Below are positions 14,462 to 18,230 of a DNA stretch of 18,230 nucleotides, piece after piece. Origin of the DNA: a virus; UHGV virus genome UHGV-1777858; one strand, written 5' to 3'. The translations under genes and the position numbers were made by a program. The stretch's first letter is position 1; every line of letters begins with the position of its first letter. The notes below the pieces were generated by a model. It did no database searches. It was not told the DNA's origin and saw only the letters and a list, made by a program, of their open reading frames with translations.

Positions 14462-16960
14462 ATGGCAGAGCAAACCTCGCGTCTCGCAATAATTATTGAT
14501 AGCACTGGAGCAAAAAATAATGCTGACAATCTGACCTCCTCATTAGTCAAAATGACGCAGGCCGGGGAAACTGCTGCAAATAGCACAGGGAAAGTGACTA
14601 AGGCAACAGAAGATGAGAAGAACGCGCTCGCAAAATTAAAAGCAGCTATTGATCCAGTTGGTGCCGCAATTGATACTGTCGGTCGACGCTATTCTGAATT
14701 AAAGAAATTTTTCGATAAAGGGCTTATTGATAAAGAAGAATATGAATTTCTTGTCCGTAAACTTAATGAAACCACAGAGGAATTGAGCGGGGTTGCGCAA
14801 GCGCAGAGAGAAGCCGAGAAGGCCGGAAAACTTGCTGCCGCCCAGCAGGAAGCGCAGGCTCAGGCCTTTCAAAGAATGCTGGACAAGATCGACCCTCTGG
14901 CTGCGGCGCTAAGAAATCTTGAACAACAGCAGGATGAACTTAATGCTGCGTTTGCATCCGGGAAAATAAATGGTTCTCAGTTTGAGAATTATAGCCGAAA
15001 AATACAGGAAACACGGCGAGAGCTTACCGGAGAGGCTCAGGCAGAGCGAGAAGCAGCAAAAGCGCATGATGAACAGGTTGCTGCTTTGCAACGTCTGATT
15101 GCTCAACTTGACCCTGTCGGAACTGCTTTTAATCGTCTGGTAGAACAACAGAAACAGCTCAATGAAGCAAAAGCTAAGGGGATGCTCTCTCCTGAAATGT
15201 ATGAGGAACTTTCTGGAAAACTTCGTGCTATGCGGAGTGAGCTTGAGGTTACTCAATCTCAATTAAGCAAAACCGGAATGTCGGCAAAACAAACGGCTTT
15301 TGCTATGCGCATGTTGCCTGCACAAATGACGGATATTGTTGTTGGGTTGTCCACTGGTCAGTCGCCTTTTATGGTGTTAATGCAGCAGGGCGGCCAGCTA
15401 AAAGATATGTTCGGTGGGATTGGCCCGGCGATCAAAGGTGTTGGTTCTTATGTGCTGGGATTAATTAATCCTTTTACCCTGGCCGCAGCAGCCGTTGGCG
15501 TCTTAGGGCTGGCTTACTATAAAGGCTCTCAGGAGCAGGACGAATTTAATAAATCTCTTATTCTTACCGGAAATCAGTTGGGGACAACCAGCGGGCAATT
15601 GGCCGATATAGCTCAACGTGCCGGGAATGCGGCTGATTCGACAACTGGCGCTGCGGCGGCAGTATTAAACCAGCTTGTGCGTTCGGGAAAGGTAGCGAGC
15701 AGTTCGCTGGAGCAAGTGACGACAGCGATAGTAAAAACGAGCGAAGTAACAGGAATATCAACCGAACAACTGGTTAATGACTTCAATGAAATTGCAAAGG
15801 ATCCTGTCAGTGCCATATCAAAACTTAATGATCAGTACCATTTTCTGACAATTGCGACTTATAACCAGATTAAGGCGCTACAGGATGAAGGGAACCAGCA
15901 GGAGGCCGCCCGCATTGCGACAGAAGCATACTCATCCTCAATGATCCAGCGCACCAACCAGATTAAAGAAAATCTTGGTTATCTTGAGACTGCATGGAAA
16001 GCTGTCGCAGACTCCGCAAAATGGGCATGGGATTCCATGCTGGACATTGGCCGTGAGGCCTCCCTTGATCAAAAAATCTCAGATGTTCTCCGTCAAATTG
16101 ATGAAATAGAAAAAAATACCCGACCCGGAGTTTTCGGGTTAGGTGGCATTGGAGATGGCGGAGCTCAAAATAAAAGGCTGGCACGATTAAAGCAGCAATT
16201 GGGCGTACTTCAAGCAGAAAAAATTGCTCAGGACGTCCTAAATTCATCAATAAACGATTACAACAAGCGACAACAGGAAGGAATTGAACTCAGACAGAGA
16301 GCAGATGCCTTTTCAAAACAATATCAGACCCGGGAGCAGCAGAGAGCTAGTGAACTTGCAAAACTGGAAAAGCTAAAGAGTCAGTATTCAAAGGAAGAAT
16401 ATAATAATTTTATCGCTCAAATAAATGAGCGTTATAAAGATCCAAAGCAACCAAAGGCGAAAGGTTATTCGGATGATGCTGCCCAACGAATGATTGATCA
16501 TCTGAATCAACAGAATGCGTTACTAAGTTCACAAACTGAATTAACCGTTAAATTAAGTTCCTCTGAACAGGAACTGGTTAAGTGGCGTCAGCAGATTGCC
16601 GACCTGGAGTCACGACCGTCATCGAAATTAACCCAGGATCAGAAATCGCTTCTCTTACACCGGGAAGAAATAACCGCGTTGATGGAGAAAAATGTTGCGA
16701 TTGAAAAAAATAACAGGCTAATCAAGGAATCCGCCGAAATAGCTGCATGGCGTGATTTATTGCAGGCTTCGATTGATAATCGTCAACAGGGGTATGATAT
16801 TCAGATTGCTGGTTATGGGGTTGGCGATAAAAATCAGCAACGCCAGCAGGAATTACTGCGGATTGAACGTGAATATAACAATCAGCGTCTGCAACTTGAA
16901 CGTGACTATGCAGATAAATCCCGTGGGATGTCAAATCATGTTTTTCAGGAGAAAATGTAG
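14462..16960 (+). CDS. Tail tape measure protein, N-terminal 832 codons (ends at an in-frame TAG)
   Basis: Long alpha-helical, coiled-coil-rich ORF with three ~75-aa tandem repeats near the N-terminus and a hydrophobic segment ([58 protein letters not shown]). Sits after G/GT. The same frame continues open after TAG 16958-16960. Confidence 0.85.
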   Translation: MAEQTSRLAIIIDSTGAKNNADNLTSSLVKMTQAGETAANSTGKVTKATEDEKNALAKLKAAIDPVGAAIDTVGRRYSELKKFFDKGLIDKEEYEFLVRKLNETTEELSGVAQAQREAEKAGKLAAAQQEAQAQAFQRMLDKIDPLAAALRNLEQQQDELNAAFASGKINGSQFENYSRKIQETRRELTGEAQAEREAAKAHDEQVAALQRLIAQLDPVGTAFNRLVEQQKQLNEAKAKGMLSPEMYEELSGKLRAMRSELEVTQSQLSKTGMSAKQTAFAMRMLPAQMTDIVVGLSTGQSPFMVLMQQGGQLKDMFGGIGPAIKGVGSYVLGLINPFTLAAAAVGVLGLAYYKGSQEQDEFNKSLILTGNQLGTTSGQLADIAQRAGNAADSTTGAAAAVLNQLVRSGKVASSSLEQVTTAIVKTSEVTGISTEQLVNDFNEIAKDPVSAISKLNDQYHFLTIATYNQIKALQDEGNQQEAARIATEAYSSSMIQRTNQIKENLGYLETAWKAVADSAKWAWDSMLDIGREASLDQKISDVLRQIDEIEKNTRPGVFGLGGIGDGGAQNKRLARLKQQLGVLQAEKIAQDVLNSSINDYNKRQQEGIELRQRADAFSKQYQTREQQRASELAKLEKLKSQYSKEEYNNFIAQINERYKDPKQPKAKGYSDDAAQRMIDHLNQQNALLSSQTELTVKLSSSEQELVKWRQQIADLESRPSSKLTQDQKSLLLHREEITALMEKNVAIEKNNRLIKESAEIAAWRDLLQASIDNRQQGYDIQIAGYGVGDKNQQRQQELLRIEREYNNQRLQLERDYADKSRGMSNHVFQEKM

Positions 16961-17695
16961 GCTCTGAATGATGCTCTGGAACGAGAAAAAGAAATTGTCA
17001 GACAGAAAAACGAGCAGCTCGATATTCAGGCAGGAGACTGGGTTAGTGGTGCCTCCCAGGGATTCAATAACTGGCTGGATGACACTAAGGATATCAGTGA
17101 GCAGATAAAATCAACCACGACTCAGATGTTTGATGGAATGACCGATGCGCTGGGTGATTTTGTCACGACAGGCAAGGCAAATTTTCGTTCTTTCGCTACT
17201 TCCGTGATTTCGGATCTTAGTCGAATAGCATTAAAGGCTTCAATTACTGGGATTTTCGACAGCATTAGTAACAGTTCTTCGGGGGGGATTTTAGGAACTA
17301 TCGGGAGTGCTATTAGTAAATTTATTCCGAATGCAAAGGGCGGTGTTTATGAGTCTCCGTCATTGAACACGTATTCGAACGGTATTTATGATTCCCCGCA
17401 ATTTTTTGCTTTTGCAAAAGGGGCTGGTGTTTTTGGTGAGGCTGGTCCGGAAGCCATTATGCCATTAACACGAACATCCGATGGTTCTCTTGGTGTCAGA
17501 GCTATTAATAGTAAAAGTGGTAATGGAGGCGGAGATATTACCTATGCCCCTGTATACCAAATCACTATTCAAAATGACGGCCAGAATGGAGAGATTGGCC
17601 CTCAGGCAATAAAAGCACTTATGGGGATGGTTGATCAGCGGGTGCAGGGCAATCTGTTAAATATGCGACGTGATGGGGGAATGTTAAGTGGCTAA
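16961..17695 (+). CDS. Tail tape measure protein, C-terminal segment (same frame, downstream of the in-frame TAG; first ATG at 17126)
   Basis: No stop codon between 16961 and 17695 in the tape measure frame, and no plausible start before ATG 17126. The sequence (…GKANFRSFATSVISDLSRIALKASITGIFDS…) resembles the C-terminal region of lambda-like tape measure proteins. Confidence 0.75.
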   Translation, partial: ALNDALEREKEIVRQKNEQLDIQAGDWVSGASQGFNNWLDDTKDISEQIKSTTTQMFDGMTDALGDFVTTGKANFRSFATSVISDLSRIALKASITGIFDSISNSSSGGILGTIGSAISKFIPNAKGGVYESPSLNTYSNGIYDSPQFFAFAKGAGVFGEAGPEAIMPLTRTSDGSLGVRAINSKSGNGGGDITYAPVYQITIQNDGQNGEIGPQAIKALMGMVDQRVQGNLLNMRRDGGMLSG

Positions 17696-18026
17696 TACGG
17701 AAGAATTTCACTGGTTACCAGAGGATGGAATGAAAACAGAAAATAAACCATCGATAAAAACTGTAAGATTTGGCGATGGTTATGAGCAACGAAGTCCAAA
17801 TGGACTTAATCATTCTCTGCGCGTTTTCACCTGTGATTTCAAAGTTGAGGCGAATGAACGTGATTCATTTGAAAAATTTTTAGCCCGGCATGAAGGCTAT
17901 AAATCTTTTTTTTGGCGCCCGCCTGGTATTAACAGAAAAATCAGAGTGGTGTGTCGAACGTGGTCAGCGACAGAACATATCACCTATACCGATTTTTCGT
18001 GTCAGTTTGACGAAGTGGTGATCTGA
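17688..18026 (+). CDS. Minor tail protein M (lambda gpM-like)
   Basis: 112 aa from GTG 17688 (SD GGGGGA). The conserved core VRFGDGYEQRSPNGLN ... SFFWRPP ... VVCRTWS ... FSCQFDEVV aligns with lambda M (VRFGDGYSQRAPAGLN ... SFLWTPP ... VTCAKWS ... FSAEFEQVV) as I recall it. Confidence 0.85.
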   Translation: MANTEEFHWLPEDGMKTENKPSIKTVRFGDGYEQRSPNGLNHSLRVFTCDFKVEANERDSFEKFLARHEGYKSFFWRPPGINRKIRVVCRTWSATEHITYTDFSCQFDEVVI

Positions 18027-18230
18027 TGCAGGACATACAACAGGAAACGCTGAATGAATGCATTCGTGCGGAGCAGTCGGCCAGCTTGGTGCTCTGGGAA
18101 ATCGACCTGACCGAGGTAGGCGGGGATCGCTACTTTTTCTGCAATGAGCAGAACGAGAAAGGAGAGTCTGTCACCTGGCAGAGTCGGCAGTATCAGGCCT
18201 ATCCCATTCAGGGGAGAGGATTTGAGATGA
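18026..18230 (+). CDS. Minor tail protein L (lambda gpL-like), N-terminal part; gene continues beyond the window
   Basis: Starts at ATG 18026, overlapping the M stop (TGATG). The product MQDIQQETLNECIRAEQSASLVLWEIDLTEVGGDRYFFCNEQNEKGESVTWQSRQYQAYPIQGRGFE is nearly identical to the lambda L N-terminus as I recall it. Confidence 0.9.
   Translation, partial: MQDIQQETLNECIRAEQSASLVLWEIDLTEVGGDRYFFCNEQNEKGESVTWQSRQYQAYPIQGRGFEM

Noticed and set aside
16958-16960. Treating the TAG as a genuine gene boundary between two separate tail genes
   Set aside because: The downstream frame has no start codon or RBS for 55 codons and continues tape-measure-like sequence, so a nonsense lesion in one gene explains it better.
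857-16967. Plus-strand alternative-frame ORFs nested in real genes (857-1072, 2723-2983, 4404-4799, 5233-5457, 9109-9339, 9852-10163, 11825-12112, 16752-16967)
   Set aside because: They overlap stronger ORFs in another frame and translate to low-complexity or odd-composition peptides, with no start signals.
1-18230. All minus-strand ORFs in the track (e.g. 2033-2239, 2199-2627, 3432-3659, 3704-3946, 4250-4773, 4854-5141, 6290-7054, 7173-7367, 7935-8627, 9177-9533, 12573-12824, 13334-13525, 13775-14041, 14909-15262, 15564-15816, 15963-16250, 16722-16934)
   Set aside because: Each lies wholly inside a well-supported + strand gene, is short, lacks a convincing RBS and has no recognisable protein features. 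They look like antisense frame artefacts of a unidirectional late operon.
1-18230. CRISPR arrays, tRNA/rRNA genes, IS elements or integrase/att sites
   Set aside because: No regularly spaced direct repeats with unique spacers, no cloverleaf-like tRNA candidates, and no transposase/integrase-like ORFs or terminal inverted repeats were seen. The window looks like an internal prophage segment.

Overview
The window is the late (lysis-to-tail) region of a lambdoid, Rac-like prophage from an E. coli-like enterobacterial genome, with every credible gene on the + strand. Order: C-terminal ends of the spanin pair Rz/Rz1 (1-130); an AT-rich potassium transporter gene trkG with its own downstream terminator (268-1725); a two-gene cargo module of a ParB-like nuclease-domain protein and a GT-A-fold (family-2-glycosyltransferase-like) protein (1863-3546); a small HTH-like ORF; terminase small and large subunits; portal; Mu-F/SPP1-gp7-like head morphogenesis protein; a scaffold-like gene split by a frameshift in an A8 tract; major capsid; connector and tail-completion genes; major tail protein; tail assembly chaperone G/GT with an A_AAA_AAG -1 slippery site; a tape measure gene interrupted by one in-frame TAG; lambda-like M; and the start of lambda-like L. 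The most interesting candidate for an undescribed system is the ParB-like + GT-A pair between the lysis cassette and terS, which I propose (by inference only) as a DNA-modification or packaging-accessory module. Other notable signals are a cluster of palindromic TGCGCA repeats inside terS (candidate pac site), two apparent lesions in essential structural genes (cryptic prophage), and recurrent UUCG-tetraloop terminators. All protein identifications are from reading the translations and recalled family motifs; no database search was run.
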